Positions 44,342 to 54,149 of a stretch of 64,000 nucleotides of DNA are shown here, in pieces. The DNA is from an uncultured bacterium (GTDB lineage: Bacteria; Patescibacteriota; Saccharimonadia; Saccharimonadales; 2-12-FULL-41-12): NCBI GenBank assembly GCA_963834265.1, contig CAWIAU010000001.1, positions 135,572 through 199,571 on the forward strand. Reading direction: 5' to 3'. Below the pieces are notes generated by a model that saw only the letters and a program-made list of their open reading frames with translations, did no database searches and was not told the origin of the DNA. The position numbers were made by a program, and so were the translations under genes. Each line of letters opens with the position of its first letter. Within the stretch, counting starts at the first letter, position 1.

Positions 44342-47008
44342 ATGACGGAGAGGAAAAAATTAGCGATAATTGATGGTAAGTCGGTTTTTTACCGTGGCTA
44401 TTATGCTATGCCGAATCTCAGTACCAAAGATGGTGTTTCGACAGGCGGTGTGTACGGCTTTGCTGTAATGGCGCTGGAAGTTATCAAACGGCTGAAGCCT
44501 GACTATGTCTGTGTGGCATGGGACAAGCCTAAGACAAACATCAGGAAACGACTGGAGTTGTATCCTGAGTACAAAGCCGGCCGCAAGCCGGCCCCTCCTG
44601 ACTTCTACGCCCAAATTCCTCTATTGCATGAGCTTCTGCAGGCTTTTGGCTGGCCGCTCTATGAGCTGGATGACTATGAAGCCGACGACATTATGGGTAC
44701 GCTGGCGTTGCAGGCTAGTGAGCAGGATATTAATACTCTGCTCATTACATCTGATTTAGATTTATTACAGGTGATCAGCGACCATACAAAAGTTTATGCG
44801 CTCAAAACGGGACTTTCTAATATAGAGCTTTATAGCAGGGACAGTTTCGAGGCTAAATATCAGATCAAGCTCGATCAGTTCCTGGATTATAAGGCGCTTG
44901 TGGGCGATAGTTCCGATAATATTCCGGGTGTGCCGGGCATTGGTCCTGTAGCGGCCCGTAAGTTGCTGGAAGAGCATAAAACGCTGGATGGTATCTATGA
45001 AAATCTGGCACTATTGCCATCGAAACTGAGCGAAAAGCTGGTTGCCAATAAAGACCTGGCGGGGCTGAGTAAAAAACTGGCTGCCATCTGGACGAACGCT
45101 CCGATCAAGCTGGATCTGAAAGAAGTGGATGGCAGCAAATGCGATCCGGACAAAGTACTGGAAGTCTTACGGAGACTGGAGTTCCGCACACTTGTCAGGC
45201 AGCTGCCGGAGATCATGCAGGTTAAGCAGATTCCTGAAGAAGCGGTGACAGGGGGCGAACAAAGTTTTCCGGCAGGAACGGGTATCTATATCTCCAAAGA
45301 GCAAAACTATGACAAGCTGAACAGCCTCAAATTCAAAAAGAATGATCTGGTGTTTATCGATAGCCGGACAGGCGGCAAGCACGGCCGAAACCCTTTATTG
45401 CTGACTTTGAGCTCTGATCCGAAGACGGTCTATATATTGGACCTCGCTTCTTTACCCCACGGGGAAGCTATAAATGCTCTGAAAAATAGCGGCCTTTCCG
45501 ATGCCAGACTAGCGGGCCGCGACGTCAAAGCAACGCTGGAAGTACTCATGGATCTCGGTATATCTCTGCCCACAGTCGGACATGATGTATTGGTCGGATC
45601 TTTTTTGCTCAATAGTCTCAGGCGCGAACAAAGCCTTACCGAGCTGGCTGAGGCTGATCTGGATTATAATGGTGCGGGCTTCGAAGACAGTACCGAAGTA
45701 GAGCTCATTGATCTGGAGCCGGAGATTATTGCGGTGCTGAGAGCACTGTATGCCAAACAGCATGCTGAGCTGGAGGCAATCCCGAAGCTGAAGAAGCTGG
45801 CTCATGAAATCGAATGGCCGGTTATTTCTGTTCTGGCAGAGATGGAGTACAGAGGTATACAGCTGGATACGAAGTATCTGGGTAGTTTTGCCGAGGAACT
45901 GCGCGATCAGATAAGCGATATAGAGCAGCTCGTCTATGGCCATGCCGATCAGGAGTTCAATATCTCGAGCTCACAGCAGTTATCAGTAATTTTGTTTGAA
46001 AAGCTTGCATTGCCGACCCAAGGAGTTAAAAAGGGTAAAAGCGGTATCTATAGCACAGCAGCACCAGAGCTGGAGCGTCTGCGCGCTCTGCATCCGATTA
46101 TCGAACTGATCAGTCAGTACCGCGAGATGACCAAACTCATGAGTACCTATGTAGAAACTCTGCCACTGATGGTGGATGAGGATTCTCGCCTGCATACGAC
46201 TTTTGCGCTGACGGTCGCGCAGACCGGACGACTAAGCTCTAATGATCCCAATCTGCAGAATATTCCGGTACGGACTGATCTGGGACGGCGGATTCGTACA
46301 GCGTTTGTGGCAGCTCCCGGCAAAGTACTGATTGGCGCAGATTATAGTCAGTTTGAGCTGCGTCTGGCAGCCGTACTGGCAGATGACAAAGAGCTGATAG
46401 AGATCTTCAACAAAGATATTGATGTCCATACGGCAACGGCCGCACAGGTCTATGAACGCGAAGTTGAGGATGTGACCAAGACTATGCGCCGCGATGCCAA
46501 AGTCATTAATTTTGGTGTCCTGTACGGCATGAGTCCACATGGTTTGAGCGCTGCAACCGGCATGACATTTGTGGCAGCCAAAGCATATATAGACAAATAT
46601 TTCGAGCTTCGGGCACCCTTGCTTGAATATATGAATGGTCTCAAAGAAAAGGCCAGAACCGATGGCTATGTTGAGACACTTTTTGGCAGACGGCGACCTA
46701 TGCCTGACATTCACTCTGGTAATTTTGTTGTTCGTGCGGCAGCTGAACGGGCTGCGATGAACATGCCTATACAAGGAACGGAAGCGGATCTGATGAAAAT
46801 GGCCATGATTGATGTGCAGAAATATCTGGGGAAAGTTGATGGTGCAGACATGTTGCTGCAAATTCACGACTCTATTCTGGTCGAAGCTTACGAGGCAGAT
46901 GCTGAAAAAATAGCCCGTGAGCTAAAAGACATTATGGAAAAGGTTCACAAGCTGCCCGTTAAGCTTACTGTTGATACTTCTTTTGGGGGGAATTGGGGCG
47001 AACTATAG
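44342..47008 (+). CDS. polA: DNA polymerase I
   Basis: Start is moved to ATG 44342 (MTERKKLAIIDGKS). 5'-nuclease domain motifs are present (GVPGIGPVAARKLL). Pol A motifs are DYSQFELRLAA, RRDAKVINFGVLYGMS and QIHDSILVE. Confidence 0.95.
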   Translation: MTERKKLAIIDGKSVFYRGYYAMPNLSTKDGVSTGGVYGFAVMALEVIKRLKPDYVCVAWDKPKTNIRKRLELYPEYKAGRKPAPPDFYAQIPLLHELLQAFGWPLYELDDYEADDIMGTLALQASEQDINTLLITSDLDLLQVISDHTKVYALKTGLSNIELYSRDSFEAKYQIKLDQFLDYKALVGDSSDNIPGVPGIGPVAARKLLEEHKTLDGIYENLALLPSKLSEKLVANKDLAGLSKKLAAIWTNAPIKLDLKEVDGSKCDPDKVLEVLRRLEFRTLVRQLPEIMQVKQIPEEAVTGGEQSFPAGTGIYISKEQNYDKLNSLKFKKNDLVFIDSRTGGKHGRNPLLLTLSSDPKTVYILDLASLPHGEAINALKNSGLSDARLAGRDVKATLEVLMDLGISLPTVGHDVLVGSFLLNSLRREQSLTELAEADLDYNGAGFEDSTEVELIDLEPEIIAVLRALYAKQHAELEAIPKLKKLAHEIEWPVISVLAEMEYRGIQLDTKYLGSFAEELRDQISDIEQLVYGHADQEFNISSSQQLSVILFEKLALPTQGVKKGKSGIYSTAAPELERLRALHPIIELISQYREMTKLMSTYVETLPLMVDEDSRLHTTFALTVAQTGRLSSNDPNLQNIPVRTDLGRRIRTAFVAAPGKVLIGADYSQFELRLAAVLADDKELIEIFNKDIDVHTATAAQVYEREVEDVTKTMRRDAKVINFGVLYGMSPHGLSAATGMTFVAAKAYIDKYFELRAPLLEYMNGLKEKARTDGYVETLFGRRRPMPDIHSGNFVVRAAAERAAMNMPIQGTEADLMKMAMIDVQKYLGKVDGADMLLQIHDSILVEAYEADAEKIARELKDIMEKVHKLPVKLTVDTSFGGNWGEL

Positions 47009-47025
47009 GAAGTTTGGTTAGAAGA

Positions 47026-47294
47026 ATTTCAATTGCCTTGCTTCACAAGCCACTCGAGCTACTTTCTTGTATTGACTAGAAAGTAGGCAAAGAAGCAACA
47101 GGCTTGAAAAAGGTCTTTATGGTCTCATTGTCGAAAAGCAAAATGCTCGGGTAACTCACCAATTTTTAACTATTTTCATAGAGAAATTGGCTTAAACATC
47201 CCCTCCTCGCTGAGTATTGTGCTCTCGACACTCGTCCATCAGGAGCTTTTCAGGCCTGGTGAAACTCCATGGAAAAATTACTAAAGATAATTTT
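47026..47294 (+). repeat. Structured intergenic repeat family, copy 2
   Basis: Head ATTTCAATTGCC.., hairpin ctactttct/agaaagtag at 47059-47086. The tail CCATGGAAAAATTACTAAAGATAATTTT (47267-47294) is identical to the complement of 55282-55309. Confidence 0.8.
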
Positions 47295-48222
47295 ACTTCT
47301 TTATTACAGATTCAGATCTAGTCTGATTAATCTTATAGTTTAGAAATTTAATAAGTAACTGACTGGATTTATTTACTTTGCCAGAACCTGAACCACCGCG
47401 TTTTTCTGTCGTTCCTTTAAGGTCCATGTAATACGCATCTAAATCCATGTATGTACTATCTAGAAAAGCTGTACGTTTTCTTTCCATGAATAGCGGCCCT
47501 ATTTCTGATAATGCTAACGGTTCACCAGTTTCGTTTCCCTCAGGGGATTTTTTATAAATTAGGGGTTTTTTCTCTTCTCTTGGCTCCGCAATATCTAACC
47601 CCTCAAGTCTATCAAAAGGGCCTACGTGACCACGAAATTCGTGAGGAGGCTGTCCATGGCTTATTTTTACTCTTTCAAGTTCTCTGTTTATATTAGTTAC
47701 GTCCCGGGCCAATATTTGCATTCGATCCCTGTCTCCAGATGCCGTTGAACCCGATAATTCGTTCCAATATTCGCGAGTCCGTTCGTAGTTTTGCCTCAGG
47801 TCCTCCGATTCATCCCAGACACGTTGGGTAAAAACTCTATATGCGCTTGCTTTACACATATTCTTCCATATTGTTGTCGCCATCTTAGCGGAGTAGCTAG
47901 CGTCTTGCCCTGGACTTATTCCTGCAATAAATTCTTTTAGTGAATTACGATCTAATGTGCCGAGACTCCCTTCGGTTTCCGGGTCGTAGGTCATTAATAC
48001 TTCCGCCTCAGCATCTTTTGGTTCCACTGCATAGCCCTTAATGCCTGCTTTAGCTAGTTCGCTAACAAGCATCAATGGGTCAACTCTTTGTCCATCGGTA
48101 TCAATAAAATTTGCCATGGGAATAACAACATCGCCGCCTCTTATTTGATCCGCCGGAAGAGTTAATTGGTGTGATTCTTGCGCATTATCTATCATATAAA
48201 TACATTTTATCACAAAATACAT
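47293..48222 (-). CDS. Hypothetical protein (309 aa) in an AT-rich pocket
   Basis: Long ORF with no family recognised. Its 3' end abuts the tail of repeat copy 2. The start codon is uncertain (ATG 48222 or 48195). Confidence 0.55.
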   Translation of the reverse strand: MYFVIKCIYMIDNAQESHQLTLPADQIRGGDVVIPMANFIDTDGQRVDPLMLVSELAKAGIKGYAVEPKDAEAEVLMTYDPETEGSLGTLDRNSLKEFIAGISPGQDASYSAKMATTIWKNMCKASAYRVFTQRVWDESEDLRQNYERTREYWNELSGSTASGDRDRMQILARDVTNINRELERVKISHGQPPHEFRGHVGPFDRLEGLDIAEPREEKKPLIYKKSPEGNETGEPLALSEIGPLFMERKRTAFLDSTYMDLDAYYMDLKGTTEKRGGSGSGKVNKSSQLLIKFLNYKINQTRSESVIKK

Positions 48223-48318
48223 TAAATTGCAAGTATAGTTTGAATTTTAGATTATTGTATTGTTATGTATTTCAAAACTCTGGGGTTAGTTGTCGAAGAG
48301 TTCATGTAATATAAAGAG

Positions 48319-49137
48319 ATGAATATACCGGTGGTGAAGATGGGTGATGGCAGGGAAATATTTCAAATAGGATTGGGGCTGTGGAAGATGTATCTGGGGG
48401 TGGTTTGCAGGCGGGCGGTGCGGTATGGGCTGGAGGCTGGCTATCGGCATTTTGATACCGCGCAGGTGTATCTGAACGAGCAACATCTGGGCGCGGCAAT
48501 TGATGATAGCGATGTTCCGCGCGAAGAAGTATTTATAACAACCAAAGTCTGGAACGGCAATCAAGGTGCGGATAAAATGCTGCCGGGTTTTGAGAAATCT
48601 CTCAAAAAACTCCGGACAGACTATGTGGATCTGCTGCTACTGCACTATCCGGTAAAGGAGACGCGGGCAGAAGCCTGGGGCAGGATGGAAGAAATCTATA
48701 AGTCCGGCCGTGCCAAGTCTATCGGTGTCAGTAACTACACTATTAATCATCTGGAGGAATTGCTCACACAGTGCAAAGTGAAGCCCGCGGTCAATCAGGT
48801 GGAGCTACACGTCTATTTGCAGCAGCCGGAGCTAATAAAATTCTGCAAAAAGAATGATATTCTGATCGAAGCTTACTCGCCGATGGCACACGGACATGGC
48901 ATGGATGAACCTGTACTGCAAAAAATCGCTCAGAAGCACAGCAAAACCGTGGCACAGATCATGATTCGCTGGTGTATTGAGCGTGGCGCCGTGCCGTTGC
49001 CGAAATCTACCCATAAAGAGCGCATACAGGAGAATATGGATGTTTTCGACTTCTCTCTGGATCCCGAAGACATGGCGGATATCGCAATGCTGGACTCGGG
49101 TATGCGCACATGCTGGGATCCAACCGATACGCTTTAG
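48319..49137 (+). CDS. Aldo/keto reductase (2,5-diketo-D-gluconate reductase-like)
   Basis: 272 aa. GYRHFDTAQVY, YVDLLLLHYP, IGVSNY, NQVELH and IPKS-type (LPKS) motifs. Confidence 0.88.
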   Translation: MNIPVVKMGDGREIFQIGLGLWKMYLGVVCRRAVRYGLEAGYRHFDTAQVYLNEQHLGAAIDDSDVPREEVFITTKVWNGNQGADKMLPGFEKSLKKLRTDYVDLLLLHYPVKETRAEAWGRMEEIYKSGRAKSIGVSNYTINHLEELLTQCKVKPAVNQVELHVYLQQPELIKFCKKNDILIEAYSPMAHGHGMDEPVLQKIAQKHSKTVAQIMIRWCIERGAVPLPKSTHKERIQENMDVFDFSLDPEDMADIAMLDSGMRTCWDPTDTL

Positions 49138-49397
49138 CCGGTGCCAATACGAATACTCAGGCGTTTTTTGGTCTGAACTAATTCTCTCAGCTCGTGCAGT
49201 CGTGGTCGCATGGCTCCGGCAAAGGCAGCGTTGGGTACGGTTATTAGAATAGTATTTTCTGATAGCTTCACACCGGGTGTCTGGCCAAAGTTTTTCATAA
49301 CGAAATGTTTGATAATCTCTATCTCCGGAGGTTCGCTAAATTGGCGATTGCCGAGAATGTCAGAAAGGCTGGAACTCATCTTACTATGATAACTCAC
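49134..49397 (-). CDS. DUF721/DciA-like small protein
   Basis: 87 aa. The ..TILITVPNAAFAGAMRPRLHELRELV.. segment resembles the DUF721 core; this is a weak call. Confidence 0.4.
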   Translation of the reverse strand: MSYHSKMSSSLSDILGNRQFSEPPEIEIIKHFVMKNFGQTPGVKLSENTILITVPNAAFAGAMRPRLHELRELVQTKKRLSIRIGTG

Positions 49398-49457
49398 CGG
49401 CTTAATACCAAATATGGTTTAACGCGCATAAACAAAGTCATAAAACCCCTGTCTGCG

Positions 49458-49486
49458 TTGACATTAGCATCTTCCGCAGATATATT
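49458..49486 (+). promoter_or_regulatory. glmS promoter (TTGACA-17-TATATT) placed only 9 nt from the ATG
   Basis: -35 at 49458-49463 and -10 at 49481-49486, with ATG at 49496. No Shine-Dalgarno sequence is present. Confidence 0.55.
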
Positions 49487-49495
49487 TCATGGACC

Positions 49496-51286
49496 ATGTG
49501 CGGCATTATCGGCTATATCGGTACCACTCAAGCGACACCTATCCTGATGGAAGGTTTGCGTCGTATGGAGTATCGGGGTTATGACTCAGCCGGTATCGTT
49601 ACCAAACAGGATGATAATTTCCAGTTGGTTCGGGCTTATGGCAAAGTAAGTGCACTGACAGATAAGATCAACGGACAAAATCCTGCCGGAGTAAGCGGTA
49701 TAGGCCATACCCGCTGGGCAACCCATGGCCCGCCTAATGAACAGAACGCACATCCACATCTCGCCAATCGAATTGCTCTGGTGCATAACGGTATCATTGA
49801 GAATTATGAAGAGCTCCGCGAAGAACTGATCGAAGATGGAATAGAGTTTGCCAGCGAAACCGACAGCGAGGTGCTGGCATGGCTTATTGAGCGCGAATAT
49901 ACAGACAATTTATTGACGGCGGTACTGGCAGCTCTCGGTAAAGTGCGGGGAACTTACGGCATAGCAGTTCTGGCCAAAACGGGGGACAAGAGATTAATTG
50001 CGGCTCGTATGGGCAGTCCGATCCTGGTTGGACATACAGGTGACGGTTGGTGTGTTGCCAGTGACGGTGCGGCTCTGGCCGGCAAGTGCTCGCAGGTACT
50101 GTATCTTGATGATAAAGAAGTGGTAGCCTGCAGTGAAGATGGTTATAAGCTCTATGATGACCAGGGCAATAGTAAAAACCGTGACATGAGCGACTTCAGC
50201 ATGCCTGTGGAGGCCATAGAAAAGCAGGGTCATGCGCATTTTTTGATGAAAGAAATCGCCGAACAGCCCGAAGTTATAGAACGTGCTTTGAGTATCGCCG
50301 GTTCTAAACCAGCTATGGATGACGAAGCAGCCAAAAATCTGGAACATATTATGATTACCGCTTGTGGCACAGCTTATCATGCAGGGTTTTTCGCCAAGTA
50401 TCTGTTAGAACAATGGTGCGGCGTACCGGTATCAGTAGAATTCTCCAGCGAATTCCGTTACCGGGGGGCAATGTTGCCTGGTGCAACTCTAGGAATAGTT
50501 ATTTCTCAGTCCGGCGAAACTGCCGATACGATAGCCGCGTTGGGCGAACTCAAAAGGCGGTCGATACCGACTGTAGGTATAGTCAATGTGGTTGGATCTA
50601 CGATTTCGCGGGAGGTTGATGCGGTCCGCTATCTGCACGTCGGTCCGGAGATTTCAGTCGCCAGCACCAAAGCCTTTACGATGCAGGTGATTATGTTGCT
50701 GCGGCTCGGTCTGGAGATAGGTCTGCAGCGAGGATCGATTGATCAGAAACTTGCTGACGAGATCAATTCCGCTTTTGCCGGATTACCCGCCCAAATGCAG
50801 CTTGTGATCGACCAATCATCAATAATCCGAAATAAAGTCGCACCACTAAAAGACTTTGAACACGCATTTTATCTGGGCCGGGATCTTCTGTATCCGATTG
50901 CCATGGAGGGGTCCCTTAAGCTCAAAGAGATCAGTTATATTCACTCCGAAGCCTATCCGTCCGGTGAGATGAAGCATGGTGCTATCGCCCTTATCGACAA
51001 AAATTTATTCACGGTGGCGTTACTTGGCAAAGGAAAGTTGTTCGAAAAAAGTGTCAGTAATCTGGCTGAAATTCAGGCACGTTCCGGCATCGTCTTGGCC
51101 ATAACCGATGAGTCCAAATATGCCGTCAGACATGAGGACGTATTATTCATACAGACAGACCACTCAGTTACGGCTCCACTAATCTTTAATGTCGTCCTGC
51201 AACTCGTTGCTTACTTCATAGCAGATGCCCGCGAGTGTCCGATTGATCAGCCCCGGAATCTGGCCAAAAGCGTCACAGTAGAATAG
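49496..51286 (+). CDS. glmS: Glutamine--fructose-6-phosphate aminotransferase
   Basis: 596 aa. MCGIIGYIG N-terminal nucleophile, two SIS domains, and C-terminal ...NLAKSVTVE. Confidence 0.96.
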   Translation: MCGIIGYIGTTQATPILMEGLRRMEYRGYDSAGIVTKQDDNFQLVRAYGKVSALTDKINGQNPAGVSGIGHTRWATHGPPNEQNAHPHLANRIALVHNGIIENYEELREELIEDGIEFASETDSEVLAWLIEREYTDNLLTAVLAALGKVRGTYGIAVLAKTGDKRLIAARMGSPILVGHTGDGWCVASDGAALAGKCSQVLYLDDKEVVACSEDGYKLYDDQGNSKNRDMSDFSMPVEAIEKQGHAHFLMKEIAEQPEVIERALSIAGSKPAMDDEAAKNLEHIMITACGTAYHAGFFAKYLLEQWCGVPVSVEFSSEFRYRGAMLPGATLGIVISQSGETADTIAALGELKRRSIPTVGIVNVVGSTISREVDAVRYLHVGPEISVASTKAFTMQVIMLLRLGLEIGLQRGSIDQKLADEINSAFAGLPAQMQLVIDQSSIIRNKVAPLKDFEHAFYLGRDLLYPIAMEGSLKLKEISYIHSEAYPSGEMKHGAIALIDKNLFTVALLGKGKLFEKSVSNLAEIQARSGIVLAITDESKYAVRHEDVLFIQTDHSVTAPLIFNVVLQLVAYFIADARECPIDQPRNLAKSVTVE

Positions 51287-51287
51287 C

Positions 51288-51455
51288 TATCCCTTTCGCA
51301 CCAGCTAACCGATTACCTTGCATAGCCAGGAAATAGGTTAGCTTCTTTAACTTATATGCGATTTTCTTCTGTGATGCTCCCTTCACTGTACCTCAGTACA
51401 GCTCGGTCGCTTCTCGAAGATAAATCACATCTGAGCCTAAAGTGCGAAAGGGATA
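51288..51455. repeat. 168-bp element bounded by perfect 14-bp inverted repeats (TATCCCTTTCGCAC / GTGCGAAAGGGATA) directly after the glmS stop
   Basis: Arms at 51288-51301 and 51442-51455. Two internal hairpins: agctaacc/ggttagct at 51303-51343 and ctgtac/gtacag at 51386-51401. Confidence 0.7.
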
Positions 51456-51508
51456 TAACATAGTTAAGTAATTAATGTTTATTACAAATATATGGTATAA
51501 TATTTACT

Positions 51509-52084
51509 ATGAGGAATTTCTTCGTTGCTTTGGCAGTATTTATTATGATTATTGTCGGTTTGTGGCTGCTTATTTCTAATATTTTTCGCAGAGATCCGGC
51601 ACCTGCTCCTAATACGACACAAACTGCCAGTCAGGAAAAATTTTCTGACAGAGCTACAAAAGTGCGCTTTATCACTGACGGGGCGACAGTCGGGCTGGAA
51701 AATCATCGTTCTATACGCATCACGGTCGATCAAACCGAACGCAAGATAGAAATTCTAAAGGGTTATACCGAAGAAATCATTCGTGAACAAAGCTTCGGCA
51801 ATGATACGGCTGCATTTACAAAATTCCTGGCAGGTCTGGAGAATTTTGGTTATAACAAAGAGAACCCCAATGCATCAAAAGACGAACGAGGAGTGTGCCC
51901 CCTGAGCTATCGCTTTATATATGAAGCAGTTTATGAGAGCGGCGAACCGCTCAGGTCATGGTCTTCCAGTTGCGGCACCGGTAACCGTGCAGCAGGCAAT
52001 TTGACTGGTATCCAGCAGTTGTTCCGCAATCAAATTCCCAATTACAACAAGCTCGTGGCCGATGTAAACCTGGCACGACCGTAG
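51509..52084 (+). CDS. Hypothetical membrane-anchored protein (191 aa)
   Basis: N-terminal TM (FFVALAVFIMIIVGLWLLISNIF) followed by a soluble domain with Cys residues. No family recognised. Confidence 0.55.
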   Translation: MRNFFVALAVFIMIIVGLWLLISNIFRRDPAPAPNTTQTASQEKFSDRATKVRFITDGATVGLENHRSIRITVDQTERKIEILKGYTEEIIREQSFGNDTAAFTKFLAGLENFGYNKENPNASKDERGVCPLSYRFIYEAVYESGEPLRSWSSSCGTGNRAAGNLTGIQQLFRNQIPNYNKLVADVNLARP

Positions 52085-52107
52085 TCAGGCTGCGGTATGA
52101 TTAGTAG

Positions 52108-53088
52108 ATGCCGGAATTACCTGAAGTAGAGACAGTACGTATCGGGCTTGCGGGTCTACTGCCCGGTGCCAGAGTTACGGACATAAAGTCCGATTGGTCT
52201 AAAAGTTTTCCGAACGATCAATCTGACACAGACACATTTTTAATTGGAGCCGTGGTTACTGGCGTCCGCAGGCGAGCCAAGGTACTTCTGATCGATCTGG
52301 ATAGTGGTTATTCATTGGTTATACATCTCAAAATGACGGGACAGCTTGTTTACGTTCGTAAACCAGAGGTGTCAGTAGTCAGTAGTCAGGAATCAGTTGG
52401 ATCTACTGAAAACAGAAAACTGAATACTGATAACTCCGCTCCGGAAGAGCGGTTTGGGGCCGGTCATCCTGGCAGGTCGCTTGCGGGTAGTTTGCCCGAT
52501 AAATCTACCAGAGTTATTTTATATTTTGAGACAGCAATATTATTTTTTAATGATCAGCGCAAGTTCGGCTGGATGCGCCTGATTCCAACTATTGAGGTCG
52601 AACAACTCGATTTTTTTAAAAAAGTTGGCCCGGAACCACTGGCCGCTGACTTTTCGGCTCAGGATTTTATTGTTCGGATTCGGCGCAGATACCGAAGCAT
52701 TATCAAAGCTGTATTGCTGGATCAAACTGTTATCGCCGGAGTCGGAAACATCTATGCCGATGAGAGTCTGTGGGGTGCCAGACTTCATCCTGCAACGCCG
52801 GTTCAGAATATTCCGGACGCTCAGTTGAAACGTCTGTTCAAAGAATTGCAATATGTCCTGAATCTGGCAATCGAAAAAGGCGGATCAACCGATAGAAATT
52901 ACGTCAATGCCGAGGGCAAAAGAGGTAGTTACCTGAGCTTTGCCCGCGTCTTCCGCCGTGAAAACCGACCATGCCCCCGCTGCGGTCATACCATAGTAAA
53001 ATTGAGAGTAGCCGGGCGGGGCACTCACGTATGTCCACGCTGCCAGCAAGAATCTATGCCTAAGATAATTTCCGAGGGTAAAAAATGA
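52108..53088 (+). CDS. mutM: Formamidopyrimidine-DNA glycosylase (Fpg/MutM) with an internal insertion of about 45 aa
   Basis: MPELPEVETV N-terminus, an H2TH region, and the C-terminal zinc finger CPRCGHTIVKLRVAGRGTHVCPRCQ. Confidence 0.9.
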   Translation: MPELPEVETVRIGLAGLLPGARVTDIKSDWSKSFPNDQSDTDTFLIGAVVTGVRRRAKVLLIDLDSGYSLVIHLKMTGQLVYVRKPEVSVVSSQESVGSTENRKLNTDNSAPEERFGAGHPGRSLAGSLPDKSTRVILYFETAILFFNDQRKFGWMRLIPTIEVEQLDFFKKVGPEPLAADFSAQDFIVRIRRRYRSIIKAVLLDQTVIAGVGNIYADESLWGARLHPATPVQNIPDAQLKRLFKELQYVLNLAIEKGGSTDRNYVNAEGKRGSYLSFARVFRRENRPCPRCGHTIVKLRVAGRGTHVCPRCQQESMPKIISEGKK

Positions 53089-53219
53089 TGATTTTAGATC
53101 AAAACAGACAAAGCGCGACAAATCATAGCCATAGCTACGGTACGAATAGGTTTGTTCAGTTTTGGACAAAAAGGGCAATTTTTGTTCCGGAAACTTTATT
53201 TTGGGATAGGTTCTAAATT

Positions 53220-54143
53220 ATGATAACTACACTTACAGGCCCGAATAATTTTTTGCTCAGGGAAAAGATAAATCGAATTCAGGGTGCATTCATAAAAGAG
53301 CACGGGGATCTGGCGGTTGAGAGACTGGACGGCGAAGAAACAACGGCAGAGCAAATAATGGGTGCTATTGAATCCGTACCTTTCCTGTCATCAAAAAAGC
53401 TGGTTATTATCCGTGATCTTAGTGCCAACAAGCCGGCTTCGGAAGAGATTGAGAAGCTGCTGGATGCAACCAGCGATAGTGTGGATGTAGTCTTTGTTGA
53501 ATCCAGGCCCGATCGGCGTGGTGTGTACTACAAAACACTTAAAAAACGCACCGAAATGCAGGAATTTACCGAACCGGATGAGCGGGGACTGGCCAACTGG
53601 CTTGCGCGGGAAGCAAAAAAGCGGGAAGCCAAATTAAGTTCTTCTGACGCGTTCTATCTGGTCAATAGAGTCGGAGCCAACCAGCAGCTACTTGATAATG
53701 AACTGGCCAAACTGATTGATTACAACCCAGAAATTACTAAGGCTACCATTGAGCTATTATGCGAGCCAACCCCACAAGGAACAGTCTTTAATTTGCTTGA
53801 CGCGGCTTTCGCGGGCGACACCAAAAGGGCGCTGAAACTATATAGCGACCAACGGGCGCAGAAAGAAGAACCGTTGAAGATCCTGGCAATGATTGTCTGG
53901 CAGATGCATATAGTTACACTAGTACATGCTGCCGGAAATAAAAGTGTCGACGAAATAGCCCGCGATACTAAAATGAGTCCATTCGTACTCGGCAAAAGCC
54001 AAAACATCGCCCGCAAATTAAGCAAAACCCAGGTAATAGGACTATTGGACGAGCTGTGTGAACTGGACTATAAGCTCAAGTCCCAATCAATGGATGCCGA
54101 CGAAGCCCTCAAAAACCTGATAATCAGCCTCGGAAAATCTTAA
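53220..54143 (+). CDS. holA: DNA polymerase III subunit delta
   Basis: 307 aa. N-terminal ..LTGPNNFLL.., with overall HolA length and helical C-terminal domain pattern. Confidence 0.7.
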   Translation: MITTLTGPNNFLLREKINRIQGAFIKEHGDLAVERLDGEETTAEQIMGAIESVPFLSSKKLVIIRDLSANKPASEEIEKLLDATSDSVDVVFVESRPDRRGVYYKTLKKRTEMQEFTEPDERGLANWLAREAKKREAKLSSSDAFYLVNRVGANQQLLDNELAKLIDYNPEITKATIELLCEPTPQGTVFNLLDAAFAGDTKRALKLYSDQRAQKEEPLKILAMIVWQMHIVTLVHAAGNKSVDEIARDTKMSPFVLGKSQNIARKLSKTQVIGLLDELCELDYKLKSQSMDADEALKNLIISLGKS

Positions 54144-54149
54144 ATTTAT

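Noticed and set aside
46232-46867. 211-aa minus-strand ORF, plus several 60-140-aa ORFs, antisense to polA
   Set aside because: These are shadow ORFs inside a full-length, motif-complete DNA polymerase I gene, with implausible Cys/His/Phe-rich composition.
49398-49495. glmS ribozyme upstream of glmS
   Set aside because: Only 98 nt separate the neighbouring gene from the ATG, and a consensus promoter occupies the last 40 nt. There is no room for the ~170-nt ribozyme and none of its conserved core is visible.
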